Shown in pieces: positions 1 through 15,904 of a stretch of DNA of 64,000 nt. Position numbers and translations under genes: made by a program. The stretch comes from Amoebidium appalachense. Taxonomy: Eukaryota; Protista; Ichthyosporea. The stretch lies in the NCBI GenBank assembly GCA_963693365.1, contig CAVNZM010000002.1, positions 1,302,001-1,366,000 of the forward strand. Reading direction: 5' to 3'. The notes under the pieces are model-generated. The model worked only from the letters and a program-made list of their open reading frames with translations. It was not told the origin of the DNA and ran no database searches. How positions within the stretch are numbered: position 1 is the first letter of the stretch; every line of letters begins with the position of its first letter.

Positions 1-2741
1 CTTGGCGCCCCTCTACGGTCGCCCAGTGGCACTCTTACCTTCCCTGCGAATAACATGGGAATGGGTGGTTGGGGTGCGCAACCGCCAGTCCAACAGCCAA
101 ACTTGAATGGGTCGTTGAATCCGCACATGGGGGCAGTGAAGTCGGACCCCGACCTAGCAGACGATGTTGCATTCCAACAGCAGTTGGATAATTTGTGCTG
201 GCAGGCTGTGTTTTCAACTTCGTAGCAGGCTCACATTGGCTTAGCAGTCAAGCAGGCGGTTTCCTGTGCAGGAGTGTGCATGTAGAGTTTGCACTCGTGC
301 AGGTGTGTGTGTGTTTTTTTTTTTTTGTTTGTTTTTTTTCTGGGGGGAGGGGGGGGGAGCAATATATCTGGGGGCTCTTGAACCTTTCAGAGTAGGACAA
401 CACGAGCTTTATTTAGCATTCATGTGCTGCTCGAAGTCACACATTTGGCTAATATATTGTAATTGCAGAAGGCCGTGCATGGCGGTCGTAGGAATATGCA
501 AACATATACCTCTTTTCACGCTCCAGACGATGAGAATATGCCAATATCCCTGATAAAGAATGATCTTTGATCATGTGCAGGAGGGCCTCTTTAGCCACCT
601 TCGAGTTGCAGTTGATTCTTGCGTCTCTCTTTCCTGACTAGCTTTAGATTACCGAAGAAAGGGCTGTTAAGCCTTGCAGATGCATCTTTTCTTTAACGTT
701 CGTTGAATATCTGAGCCGCCTTTAGAACGTATCAAAAGGCTGCCAGCAACGTGCGAATTAACTAGTGCTAAAAAGGATACTATGCCATTTTATTGCATGG
801 TCTTTACTTACAAATTTCCAAATTCGGCTACTAATGTGGCGTTGGTAAATATGTATGATGTATGTAAGTTGACCGAGCACACCATATTCGCTTTTGCTTG
901 TCTCCACAGTAGGTAATATTAATCCCGTTTTGGTAATTCGAAATCTCGGAATCAAAGATACTGTTCTAGTAAACTGAGTCACGCAGAGTCGATCTCATGT
1001 GTCTTGTGTACCTACAACTAATTTCCATGATGTGACTTGTTAAGGTCTAAGTCGACATTTTGCGGCATGACGCCCACTGTGACGTCTTATTGACGCCAAC
1101 TTCAATGAGTTGCTTACCCTATGGGGCAATCTCCTATTCAGAAACTGTGCAACTGCCACTTAAAAAAGTCAGTGTGACATATCTACTTTTTTTTAATATT
1201 CGTTTCTAGATACCGACTCATATGGCACCTTGTAAATCACCCACTTGGTGTATAATTCATTTCTTCCACACACACACAGTCACACACACGCGCGCACACA
1301 CACACACACTGCCAAATTGAATCCCGAAGCCCCCACGGCAGTGCCCCGTGCGGCACGTGTGCATGGCACATGGCGGAAACGGAGAGGGGGTGAGGGGCTG
1401 TGCGGGTTGGGGGGGGAGAAGGGGGGGCTCACATGCATACACACGACAAACACGTGCGGTATGTACGCATGTATCATAATGACCATCTGATTCAACGTTA
1501 CACGCTCGCTTATGTATACATACGTAGGAGTAACCTATACAGATGGCCCCGCCGTTCGGTCAAATTTCACAGCTGCCGCAGTCTGCCAGATAGTAGTACT
1601 ACACCGTGACTGTGCATATATGGACAATGTACAGTGTCTGTACATGCCCGGCCATTGGAAACTAGTGCACATGCGTGTAAGTAAGCGTGTCATTACATTT
1701 ATAAACGTGGCCACGATCGCAATCTAACAATCCCATATGCATAATGCAACACACTGGACAGACCTAGGCCTGTACACGTGCATGTGGACGCACGTACTTA
1801 CAAGCCAAAAAATGTCATGTTTGTCACATGCACATGACTAAGCGGCCAAATGCATATGCAAAAGTACACGAATCATTGGAATAATAATGCCGCCTAATTG
1901 TATCCATGTTCTAGCTGCAGCACAGGCTGCCATTCATCGGAGGCCATATGCATACGCCCATGGGCATGGTTGAACATCAAAGATGTGCACGTATACAAGT
2001 TGTTGTGAGTGAATGTATCTGGTCTGCCGTGGCAGCCACAATATGCATGTAAAAATCTGCACCCACGAAAATTGAGCACGACACTTGTGCATCACGCTCA
2101 GTCAGCATACCAATAAGGTACCGTATTGAAGTGCACAATGTACGTACGTATACCAGCGGTGCGTTTGTCAGCTTGTGTGTGGAACTGCATGCACATCCCC
2201 CCCCCCCCCCCCCCCCCCCCTCTGGCTCCCCCCCCCTCCCCCATCCACCCCACCCCACCCGACCCCACCCGACCCCACCCCCTTCCCCCGGATCACCAAG
2301 ACTCTCCATTCGGAATAGGACGTATCGAGACTATAGTTGAAAGCTTGAAAAATGCAAATACTCCCTTCCAAAACCGGGTTAAATTATTGGCCGAAAATCA
2401 CGTGCCCACAGCTCAGGTTGCCTAATAAAGTGCTGGGATAACGACGTTGTGTTGAATCGCATTCTATTCTTGTGTGTGTGTCCTAAGGCTTGTTGTAAGT
2501 TTGCCAGCAAGGGTCGTGCCTATGTCGGCACACGTCTGTTAAACTGATCTCAACCATTTGCATGTTGCCCGCTAATTTGATCTTGAACTAGGCTCGCACA
2601 TAGAACATCCACACCGCACCTGCATAGTATTGGGTGGTTACGGATGTATCCACAGTATCATGGCTGACTTGCATCCCTTCCTTCCTATGCACACATGTGC
2701 CCTGAGCCTCAGCCTTTGGGGCTTTGCAATTGGGAGATAGA

Positions 2742-2774
<33 letters not shown>

Positions 2775-2793
2775 TGGTGGTGGTGGTGGTGGT

Positions 2794-2826
<33 letters not shown>

Positions 2827-3572
2827 CTGCTCAAATTTAACTTTAAAACTTTGCCTTGCCACCCCAGGCCGCCGGCCCTTAGTCAGTACTCGTGCGTGCT
2901 GGATATTTACGCATAAATCTGTAATTAGAAGGGGCCTCGCCTGAGAGGCATGGGAGAGGAGAGGGGGGGGGGGGGGGGGGGGAGGGGGAGGGGGAGGGGG
3001 TGGGGAGTATGTATACATATGGCTGTCTGCACGATTTGTACATGGAAGAGAGAAGAACCGGCATACGTTCGGAGTGCACACCTGAACGCGGGCACACTTT
3101 AAACCTTGCAGTATTTCGATCCTCACATGAAGACATCATGGTTGCAATCATTGGTGGCCATTTATTCAGAGCACACCAGTGGCATGTAGATAAGCGCTGT
3201 TCTGCCATAATCTTTCAGTCATACATAAAGCGTCAATCTCATGCACCTTTCTTATGTCAGATGCCTAACCAACCAACCAACCAAACAGACAAACAAGTAA
3301 CTTTAAAAAACAACAGATCTTTCTAAAAAAAAACAGCGGCTGGGTGGCCCACAACCATGTATAATTCATGCTTCAGGCCTGAAACACATGCACAAACACA
3401 CCAACCCCAGGTAGTCTACATTAGGAAACTTTTTGCACATGTAAACCTCGTGTGGAGCATTCAGACAACTAACAACAGCAAAAGTTACCGAAACACACAC
3501 GTGCATTAACGTACATTACACCAGCAGTATTATGTTCAATAAACATTCGTGTACACGTACAAAGCCTCTCCC

Positions 3573-3609
<37 letters not shown>

Positions 3610-3731
3610 CCCCCCTCCCCCCTCCACCCCCTCCCCCCTCCTACCGAGCCTCCCCCCACCCCCCCCCCCTCCCCCGCCCCTTCCCCCCCCCCCCCCCCTC
3701 CCCCCTCCACCCCCTCCCCCCTCCTACCGAG

Positions 3732-3762
<31 letters not shown>

Positions 3763-4591
3763 CCCCCCCCCCACCACCACTACCATCACCCTCCTCCACA
3801 CCCGCCCTCACACTACACGTCTCCTCTTTGCTTGTGGTGGCTGGGGCGTGTGCTGGCTGCCCATATGATAGCTGATGGTGCGCACCAGTGCATATATCTC
3901 ACGTGGATGGTCCTGTATGCCGGCACCCTATTAGCGCAAGATTCACCCTGTTTCTCCCTGTTGCTGCCTACCCCCTCTACCCCCCTCTCCCCCTCCTCCT
4001 ATCTTTTCCATAACCACCCCCCTCCCCCCCCCCCCCCCTTCTATCCCCCTCCTGCTTCCTCCCCTCCTTCACAACCATACCCTCCTTCCCGCTTCCTCCC
4101 CTCCTTGATACCTACCCCCCCCCCCCCCCCCCAAAAAAAAAAAAAAAAAAAAAAAAACAAAAAAAAAAAACAAAAAAAAAAAACACAACTCCACCCATCT
4201 ATCCAACATTCTCAACCCCCATCCCCCCGTTCACTCAGTTCCTCCACGCTGCTCAAGACCTTTTACACCCACCCAATACCCAGATGTGGACTGATACCGA
4301 CGACCTGCCCCCCCGGGGGGCCAGGAACCCGTGTTGTAGCAGGTTGCCATTTTATCTGGCCATCAGAAGTTGGCGACAAGCAAAAGAGAAAAAAAAACAA
4401 CAAATAAATCGCAAGATGCGGCGAGCAGCATATCATTCTATGTCAAACCACGCCCATAAAAAATAGCCGCAGAAGGAAAAATTGTGCTTGCATCCAAATC
4501 ACACGAAGGGAGGGGGGAGGGGAGGGGGAGAGGTTAGATTACAGCAACAATAGTACACAGCATAAACAGAACCCATCCTCAGAGGTAGCCA

Positions 4592-4673
4592 CTAGCTGAG
4601 AGTGTGTTTCAACCCCTTAGGCCCCTCCTTTACGAACCCCAACTCAGAAAAGAGTTCTTGTTTTTGGGTGAAA

Positions 4674-4710
<37 letters not shown>

Positions 4711-5642
4711 GGGGGGTCGTTACCTCAATAAGAGTGATGCAGAGAGGGTTTCTTGCCTCCGACCAATCCACACTGATCATCCCATCGTCCGGTTTTTTAC
4801 CCTCCTCTCTGTTGCCTTCCATGGCTATTTTTAGATTCATCTCACCAACTACGCTCCCACCCACAGCCACATGCGCCACCTTTAACAAACCTTCCGTTAC
4901 ATTTTCTTGAAGGTGAATGACATACCCGCCATCTTTAATATCTCCCCTCACCACGATTGCAACCTCACCCTCCCCACTGGCGGGTTTCACCCATTCAACA
5001 GACTCGATTAAAGACAACGGTCCCCCGTCAGTGGACTTTACGAACAGTCCAAACTCGGATTCTTTAACTGGGAATGCGGTTGTCTGATTGGCTAAAGGTC
5101 TCGTGACTTCCTGCTTGGCACCATTTGCCGGAGTACCTTCTTCCTCTTTCACAACACCTCCATCAAACCCGTCCGTTGTCTTTCCGTTTTCTTCTCTTGC
5201 AACCACAGCTACTTTCGCCACATTTTCATACCCAAATCCACCCTCGCTTGTTACATTTTTCTTCTCTTTCAACGTTTTCCCAATCGATAAGACAAATTTT
5301 GAGTAGAGAGGGAACGGAGGGATTTCCAGGTTCAGGGCTGTGCATAGGGCAGTCATGACGTCATCGACATATGAGTGGATGAGGAGGTCGGCATGTTTGT
5401 CTTTTGGCGTGGCCTGAAGATTGACGATCACAACCTTGCCTGTATGTGTGTGTGTTGGGGGGGGGGGGGGGGGGGGGATAGGAGAGGAAGGGCGTCAGTG
5501 GGAACTTGACACAAAGGGGAGAGGGGAGAGGGGAGAGGAGGGGGGGGGGGGGGGGGGGGGGGGGTCAGGGTCCCAGGTAACCACGAACATTCGAACATCC
5601 ACCTGGCCTTCTGGTGCTTCTAAGACGTGGGGGGAAAAAAAA

Positions 5643-5673
<31 letters not shown>

Positions 5674-6452
5674 GTAACGTGGCACACGCAAAGTGTGCAA
5701 CATCTGTGGAGCCTTCGGCGCACGCACACGAGGGGAGAGGGTGGAGGGGAGGAGGAGGAGGAGGAAGGGGGGGGGGGGGGGAGGGGGAAGCGGGGGGAGG
5801 GGTTTCATATATGCTGTCTATACAGGAGGAAGCTTGAGGAGATGTGGTGCGGGAAAAGTAGAGGGTACGGAGGTTACGGGTTGAAGGGAGGGAGGAGGAC
5901 CGGAAAAGAATCCAAGTCAAGCAACGAAAGTAAAAAAAAACAAAAAAACAATGCTGTCACATGCCACCCTTGCTCACCTGAAAGCAGCGCGACAAACCAT
6001 ATCCCTCTACTCCCCCCCCCCCCCCCCCCTATCCCCACAGTCTCTCTCTCTCTCTCTCCCCCCTGCACCCCCTTTCCCCCATTCTCTCTCTCTCTCTCTC
6101 CCCCCCCCTCCCTCCCTCTCTCTCTCTCTCACTCTCCCCCCCCCCCCCCCCCCCCCCCCCTCTCTCTCCCTTTCTCTGTACGCGTGTGTTTTAGTGTGTT
6201 GGTGTTCTTTCTATGTTCTGCCTCTTTTCTTTTCCTTTCCATCTTCTTTCTTTCCTCATCTTTTCTTCCTTTCTTTCTCACATTGAGAGAGGGCTGCGAG
6301 GCTTTGGTTGGAAAGAGGCAAAGGTGTGCCAGACGACGTACCTTTCCTCTTTGCCCTTTTGCACTGGAACGGTATGTTTGCACTTGGGTTGATTTGCAGA
6401 CTGCACCCGTGCCCCGTGGCTTAGCAACTGTGGGGGGACACAGGGCAGACAC

Positions 6453-6497
<45 letters not shown>

Positions 6498-6789
6498 ACA
6501 CACAAAATACAACTACTTGGAAAATGAAAGGACGTCTACCTCTACCTAAACTACCATCCCAACTCATTAGCAGAACCCGCATGCCATACACGTGCGCGTG
6601 CGCGCGCTCGTGCGTGTATATGTGTGTATGCCCCTACGCTCTTGCCTGAATACGTGCATACGTGTGTGGACACGAGTATGTGTGCAACCAAAAACGAAAA
6701 TGAAAATGGATGGTGTTTGCTGTGTGCATGATATCGCGTAGATAGACAACACAGTTACCTCACACTTTTCTTTCTTTCTTTTTTTTTTT

Positions 6790-6820
<31 letters not shown>

Positions 6821-6839
6821 GGGGGATTTTTTTTTTTTT

Positions 6840-6870
<31 letters not shown>

Positions 6871-7477
6871 GGGAAGGGGAAGGGGGGGGGGGGGGGGGGG
6901 GGGGGGGGTATTTACCTTGTTCCCAGGCATATGCACAAGTCTGCCTCCCGGCTTTCCTTCTCGGCTGTTCAAACCCATCAGCATATACCCCCCCCCCCCC
7001 CCCCCCCCCCCCCTCCCCTCCCCCCATTCCCCTTGCGCCTCATACCTCATTCTGTATCCTTCCCCCCCCCCCCCCCCCCCTCCAACCCCCGGGGGAAACA
7101 CCCTTTTTTGTCAATTAAGCAATAAGCATCAAACCGTGATACTCACGGTGACATCTTCATTGGATATGTGAAAGGAGCCAGAAAGAATGTTACGATGCCG
7201 TGTAAGGGATGTGGTGAGGCCACATCAAGCCGGTTAAAGAATGTGGTGCAGGTACGATGGACACCTTCATGACACACATCACAACAAGGTGCATTCTGCA
7301 ATAAAGAGAGCACAGCCACACACAACGTGGCGTAGGGGGAGGTTTGGGGGAGGGGGAAGGGGGGAGGGGGAGAGGGGGGAGGGAGGGGAGGGTACAAGCA
7401 CCCAAACGGTAAGATGCAAAAAGATATGAAAGGCGCTGGACCTGAATGCTTTGCAGAAACGGACACAGGTTGGTGGG

Positions 7478-7538
<61 letters not shown>

Positions 7539-8446
7539 CGCGCGCGTTTGTGCTCCGGAAGAGGGGGGGAGGGGGGTGGGGGGAGCGTGAGGTGAAGGGG
7601 TTGCCACCCCCCCTTCCCCCCCCTCCCACCCACCCTTCGTCTTCCCCCCTCCTCCCCCCTCCCCCCCCCCTCGTGCCTCCCCCTGCCCCCCTGGTGTTCC
7701 TCGAAATACATCATAACACAAACACCAGCTTCAGTACGCAGGAAAAGCTGAAATGGAGCTAAAGAGGGTGGTTGGGTGGATGTGTGTGTGTGTGGGGGGG
7801 GGGGGGGGGGGGGGAGGGGGGGGAGGGGGGGGAGGGAGGGTGTCACGGGTAGTTACCTCGTTTGAGGTCCTCTGGTGGCAGTTCATCCTCCCAGTCTAGG
7901 GTGTTGTCTCTTAAAGCCCCCCCACACCCCTCAGCCACACAATACCGCCCAGTAGATTTAAGCCCACACCCTGGGAGGAATACGTGTGAATAAGCATGAA
8001 TACGGCCCATGGGGGAAAACATGAATAAGAATATCGTGCTCATTACTACTTGCGAGGTGCCCATATTCTATCCGGAAATATGAATGGGTAAGGGTGAATA
8101 CGGGCAGAAGTTAATGAGTATTCACGACCAGCATGCAGCACGAATACAACTATCGTGTTCATTACTTCTTAGACAAAGCCTGACACTCTATGCAGGAATA
8201 AGTGTGAATATGGGTGAATACAGGCAATACCAAACACGGAATAGCACCAAGCGCATATAATTGCTATAGCCCACACCGGTCTACACAGTAATCAGTGTGA
8301 ATACGGGAAACCGATCATATACTTATGACAAATGAGGCCAATAGAATGATATCCGCTCAAGGGAATGTGCACACGAAGGAAATATAATGCAGTGGATGGT
8401 GTAAAGTAAAAGTACTCTCTCTCTCTCTCTCTCTGCGTGTGCGCGT

Positions 8447-8532
<86 letters not shown>

Positions 8533-8598
8533 GCTTGTGTATGTGTATCTGCGTGCGTGCGTGTGTGTGTGTGTGTGTGTGTGTGTCTGTGTGCGGGC

Positions 8599-8637
<39 letters not shown>

Positions 8638-8910
8638 CGCGTATGCGTGCATGCGCGCCCGTGTGTGTGCGTGGGGCGCGGGGCGAGGGGGGGGGGGGGG
8701 GGGGGGGTGGTCGGGGGAGGGGGGGGTGGATCGGGGAGGGGGAGAGGCGGGGGGAGGTAGAGGGGAGGGAAAGCAGAAGCACCTTGGATGTCGAAGTCAC
8801 GGACATACTTCCTGCCGCACTTAGTGCATATCTCCATGAAGATGTTGCCGTGCAGTTCCGCTAGCTGGTCAGACGGGTAGCCAGACTGTTGAGGGGGGGA
8901 AGGGGGGAGA

Positions 8911-8944
<34 letters not shown>

Positions 8945-9344
8945 TGGAATGGTCAGTGAGAGGATGATGAATTAAAAACGAGGGAAGAAGGCCAAGGAAT
9001 ATGTTTTCGAACAGGGATGGTAACTACTTGGCTGGATTGGTTGTGTGTGTGTGTGTGTATGTGTGTGTGTGTTACCTTTCCTTTTTCGTTCTTTCTTTCT
9101 TTTTTGGGGGTTTTAGGGGGGGTTTCAATGCGTCATAAAGTACAAAGTATACATGAACAACGGATAACACGATGCCGAGTGCAGACAATACATAAAGAGT
9201 ATGCATAATAAGCAGAGTACATCTTCAGGGGGGGGCACGTCATCCACAGTACCCGCGTTTCGACACATTCACCTGGTCAACGAAACCCAACTCGGATACT
9301 GTTTCACTTGAACATGGGTAGGTCACCCGGGGGCAGGGAGAGGG

Positions 9345-9384
<40 letters not shown>

Positions 9385-9665
9385 ACACGGAACACAGTAA
9401 ACAGTACCGACCCTTTACAACCCCCCCCCCCCCCCCCCCCCCCGGGCCCCCCCTCCCCCGTCTTCCCTACTTCACACACACAGCACACAGATGGCACACG
9501 TAAAACCAACCCCGAATACACACAAAAACACACTACGGGCACACCCGCGTAGTACACGTCACATGCACATGCTGTCGACTACCCCGAAATTGGCAATGAA
9601 ACCAACGAGGACAAAAGGAAAGGTCAAAAAAAGGGAAAGAGATGGAGGCAGAACACAGCATTAAA

Positions 9666-9707
<42 letters not shown>

Positions 9708-10178
9708 ATAAATCCGTTTTTCCTCCTGCCAAACAAGGCATCCCCCCCCCCCCCCCTCCTTCCCCCGTGCCCCGCCCACTCCGCCTCCCCCTTCCCCAAC
9801 CCCCCCCCCCCCCCCCCCCCCAACCCGCCCCCCACACACACACACACACACAGACACACACTTTTCAGTTTGCTTTTCCTCAGGCAACACCAAGAGAATC
9901 AAACACCCACCTTTGTGTGTAGGTTGTCTACGTTTTGCGTAACGATAAAGTCGCATTTTCCACCCCTGTGCATAGCAACCAGGGCCATGTGTGTGAGTGT
10001 GGGCAGGGCGTGCTCGAACCTGATGCCTTCTGGTACCTTCTTCTGCTTCTCAAGCGTCCACACACCCTGCAAGTGGCATTTAGAAAGGGAAAAAAAGGCG
10101 AACATTAGATCCGCAGAAGATTTGGATTTTGAATGAAGTGTAGGGTATTGGTGCGGTTGATGATGCACCCAAAACCAG

Positions 10179-10222
<44 letters not shown>

Positions 10223-11633
10223 CCTCCCCCCCCCCCTCCCCCGGACGGAGGATCCCTGACTTTCAAAGAAGAGAAAAGGAATCTTGCATGGTAAGCAACA
10301 GTATATGGCTATATGCAGGAAATTAAGTAGCATGGTAAGCAACAGTCTATGGCTATATGCAGGGAATCAAGTAGCATGGTAAGCAACAGTCTATGGCTAT
10401 ATGCAGGGAATTAAGTAGCATGGTAAGCAACAGTCTATGGCTATATGCAGGGAATTAAGTAAAAGATCCAAGCAAGTACAAAAACAACAACACATTTTGC
10501 TAGCAAGATATGACCACAGTTTCCAATCAGATTACATTGTTCGCCGTAGGATGTTGACATCCTCCGCTTGCATTAGAGATTGGTATGAATTTCCCTGATC
10601 ATCCGCACGCACGCCACAAGTTGGAAATCCAAACCCGCGTGCGGAACCTTGTACAGTAGCACAAATAAAGGTGTGTGTAGCATGTGCTCTCATAATGCAT
10701 GAAGTGTCCGCAGAATTTGCCAGAAGGAAGGGAAGGGGGGGGGGGGGGGGGGGGTATATCGATGAGGCGAGGAGCGGGGGCAGGTCGTCTAACCTTTGGG
10801 CCCCTAAAATCTGGGAGTCCAGCCGATGTCGAAATACCTGATCAAAATGCCAGGCAAAAGCAATTAGTATCCAACAAGCTCAAACCAATAGAACCATAGA
10901 GAACCATCCCCCCCCCCCCCCCCCCCCCCCCCCCCTTTCCTCCCTCTTCCCTCTCCCTTTAGGACCATAACCATCCTCCATTCTCCCCCCCCCCTCTCCC
11001 TCCCCCCGCCACCCTAGGTACCATAAAACCCCCCTTTCCCCCCAACCTTTGGGGCCATAAGGATCCCCCACCCCCACCTTTAGCCCCCCCCCCCTCCCCC
11101 CCCCCCACACACACCCCTTTAGGGCCTTAAGAATCCCCCCCCCTCACGTACCTTTGGAGCCATACGCATCCCCCACCCCAACCTTTAGAATCCCCCCCTC
11201 CACCACCACCCTTAGGGCCATAAGGCCCCCCCCCCCCCCCACCCCACCTGGGCAGCCCATAAACCTACAGCAGCCAACCACCCCCCAATAGCAATGAAAA
11301 AGGAAAATATCTGGTACATTCGAACTCTTCATTGAGGAGCGGCCCATGTGGGTGTGTGTTTGTGTGCCTGTGTGTGTGTCTGTGTGTGTGTGGGGGGGGG
11401 GGGGGAGGGGGGGGGGGAGGGGGGGGGGGGGGGGGGGATGCTTGTGCCTGTGCAACACGTTAGTGATATGTTCTTACCCAAATTTTGAAGAAATTTTCAC
11501 TGACAGAAGCTCATATGATCGTAAATGTTCTGCCGTACCCATCACAAAACGAACTTACATAACCACCGAGGATGATAGTAAAAAAGCAGGCTAACTGCCG
11601 GCTGCGAGTGGGCAGCCAGTGTTTTTTTTTTTT

Positions 11634-11689
<56 letters not shown>

Positions 11690-12763
11690 GGAGGTTACCA
11701 GCTCCAGTATGGAATACAATCTTCCTTGCGTCCTTCACCCATTCAGCAAATGTGGCAATCTTATTCTTCAGCACACGTGGTGAGTCAAACACCTGTGTGG
11801 GTGGGGCAGGAATGAGGTGTGGGCAAACTCATGCATCTTAGGCCAAGTTGCCGTATTTGGCACCGGGAGCCAGCAAAGATAAACGGCATTTTCTTTTAAC
11901 CTTTGGCACACATTTCCATGTTCAATGCAGCTTCCGCACCAGGCTGGGTAGGGCACCCCTCTGTCGGTGTGTCGTTTGATTGTGTGCTCGGGTACTCCGA
12001 GTGTATATGCAGCGCTTGTATGTACATAAAATTGCCACCGGGTGTGCCAGGGGCCCCAGAAGGTCTGTATCTGCCCTGAATGGAATTGTACACAGAAACA
12101 CTTGACACCGAAAAAGAGAGTTCAACAAGGAGAATTCAACAAAACCATGCAACTAAATGCCCATTCACCATCTTAATGGATGTAGGGGAAAGAAACCAAG
12201 AAGCGCGACTGTGTTGTAGTAAATAACGTCGAGATGTGTATAAGGCAAGACAGAGAGAAACATGTACAGGGGGAGGGGGAGTGGGACCACAAAAGTCAGT
12301 GCCCACAACATATAGCCACGCACATTAACAACATCACGAATGGGTGTGGAAAGGGTGACCAGAGGGATGAAAAGGCGTCAACACAAGCAGAAGGGGAAAG
12401 TTGTACGGCCAAGACGCTTCCAGACCCGAAGCCAAGGCAGGAAGGTAGCCTCGAAGGCAGTGCGAAAGAGACAGGGAGGGATTAGAGAACTAAACGGAGA
12501 GAGGGAGGAGGTACTGCCTTTTTTGCGAGAGATGGCGAGAAAGATCAGCGTGCACCTAAGTACGAAATACCAAAGAAGGTACAGATCCAGCAGGTAAGAG
12601 GGTTAAATACATTAGTTGGCTGCATAAGAAAACAAACGTGCAACTCAAACTGGTAGCAACACACGCTACACTTCGATCTATGCCACGTATTTACCTCAGG
12701 CTGGCTCAGCTTTCCCTTCCACTCGTAGGGCGACAACCTGTCGGCATACCCGGTGGTAGACAT
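4592..12763 (-). CDS. SIRT6: NAD-dependent deacylase, class IV sirtuin (SIRT6/plant SRT1-like), 9+ exons
   Basis: Exons joined in frame with GT-AG: 12695-12763 ([23 protein letters not shown]), 11699-11792 (..KIVFHTGAG), 10794-10837 ([14 protein letters not shown]), 9911-10066 ([20 protein letters not shown]), 8783-8885 ([16 protein letters not shown]), 7857-7970 ([27 protein letters not shown]), 6916-6964 (ADLCICLGT), 6342-6400 ([11 protein letters not shown]), 5439-~4592 ([21 protein letters not shown]). The exact 3' end is uncertain because of a possible extra donor near 4723. Confidence 0.92.
9122..9329 (-). mobile_element. Dispersed repeat, 5'-truncated copy C of the retroelement terminal module, inside a sirtuin intron
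   Basis: Reverse complement reads CGGGTGACCTACCCATGTTCAAGTGAAACAGTATCCGAGTTGGGTTTCGTT..GCTTATTATGCATACTCTTTATGTAT..GACGCATTGAAACCCC, closely matching 45350-45559; flanked by C-runs on its own strand. Confidence 0.88.
10286..10461. repeat. Minisatellite, 44-bp unit x4, intronic
   Basis: GCATGGTAAGCAACAGTCTATGGCTATATGCAGGGAATTAAGTA repeated head to tail with few mismatches. Confidence 0.95.
10955..11265. repeat. Degenerate minisatellite with core YTTRGGRCCATAAG followed by C-runs, ~6-7 units
   Basis: TTTAGGACCATAA, CCTAGGTACCATAA, TTTGGGGCCATAAGG, TTTAGGGCCTTAAG, TTTGGAGCCATACG, CTTAGGGCCATAAGG. Confidence 0.65.
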
Positions 12764-13852
12764 GGTTCAGTGAAGACACGGAATCCGCCTGTGCCTCCTT
12801 CCCTGTTGTGTTTTCCGTCCTCGGGCGTCTGCTTTATTCTTCCTTTCAATACCATACAGCAAAAGTTCCTCCTAGGACCTTGCCCTGAGTTCCATCCCCC
12901 TTCAACGCCTCCCCTAAATCAGCTATCTCAATTATTCACAGACTCAGGCCAGCCCCAGCTGCCAGGCCCTGAGTCAGTGTGCGCACCATGGATTACGTAA
13001 ATAGTCTACGAAAACGACTACCTTTCCGAGAGGTTTTTGCGAACTGCCCACTCGCTATGTATGAGAGTAGGCATCTGTGTTGAAAGGGGGCCCTGGGGCT
13101 CGGGGGCCCGGGGAGGGACGATGTGCTACTGGTGTGTAAGGCTGTCTTATCAGGCACCGGCATCACGCAACACTACTTCCACTCAACACTGTATGGCTAG
13201 AAACCCGATCATAGGTTCAACGGATCCGGAGGCAAAATGTTTGGCACCGGCCCCCTCAAGTGAAACCCCTAATATAGATCTAGAGGTCCCGGGCCATCGA
13301 TGCTCTCCCAAGGCCTCCTATAAGTAAACATGGAGGCCTTGTGCTCTCCCCATTCTCCCCATGCGTGCACCTGTCCGGACGCACACACACCAAGCCACAT
13401 AAGGACATGTCCGAGCCTACACAAGTATACGCAGGCACAGCGGCAAGAATGGGCGATGCATATTCCGTTCAGAAAGTTTATTCAATCCTTTTGTCATTCT
13501 TGCCCCGCACCGTTGTCGTTGTTGGCCAGATCTTGCCAACACTCTTTTTTAATAATCATATACCATCTGCATCTCTGGCAGGTTTGCAAAGTGGTGAAAA
13601 TTCTTGATAGCCATTCATACCGAACAGACCAGCCTTTCCACTTGCCTTCTTGCAAGGTGTCTACATTACCACAAAAGCACTATCCATTCTTTGCAATAAT
13701 CGATAAACCAGGTGAACCCAACCGCCAACTCGTACCAGAGCACTCCAAAACACACATATGAAATAAAGCCAACACTTTGTTAGCGGAGCAGAAACACACA
13801 GGCCAAGAATGTGTAATCCACATTATGTAAAAGGGGTATCCTCTTTCAGCCA

Positions 13853-15787
<1,935 letters not shown>

Positions 15788-15904
15788 ACGTGCTGCGATA
15801 GTACCACTCATGGCCAGAGACATTTCTTCATCAAACCACTTTATGCCACTTTCTTGCTCGTCAACATGTGGCCATCCAAAGATTCCCCTGCTCTGTTTCC
15901 CCAC

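Noticed and set aside
39-640. Possible minus-strand exons of a gene running off the window start (donor-like AG|GTAAGA near 38)
   Set aside because: All frames contain stops shortly after the best acceptor and no homology was recognised; cannot be supported.
3516-4407. Long Pro/Gly/His-Thr/Cys-Val/Glu-Arg-rich ORFs here and throughout the ORF track
   Set aside because: Translations of poly-C/G, (CA)n and (CT)n tracts, mostly intronic; no domain content.
9376-9392. tRNA B-box-like GTTCGAGTCC on the minus strand (tRNA or SINE)
   Set aside because: No A-box or cloverleaf upstream.
10286-10461. CRISPR-like array
   Set aside because: Units are contiguous with no unique spacers; eukaryotic intron; no cas genes.
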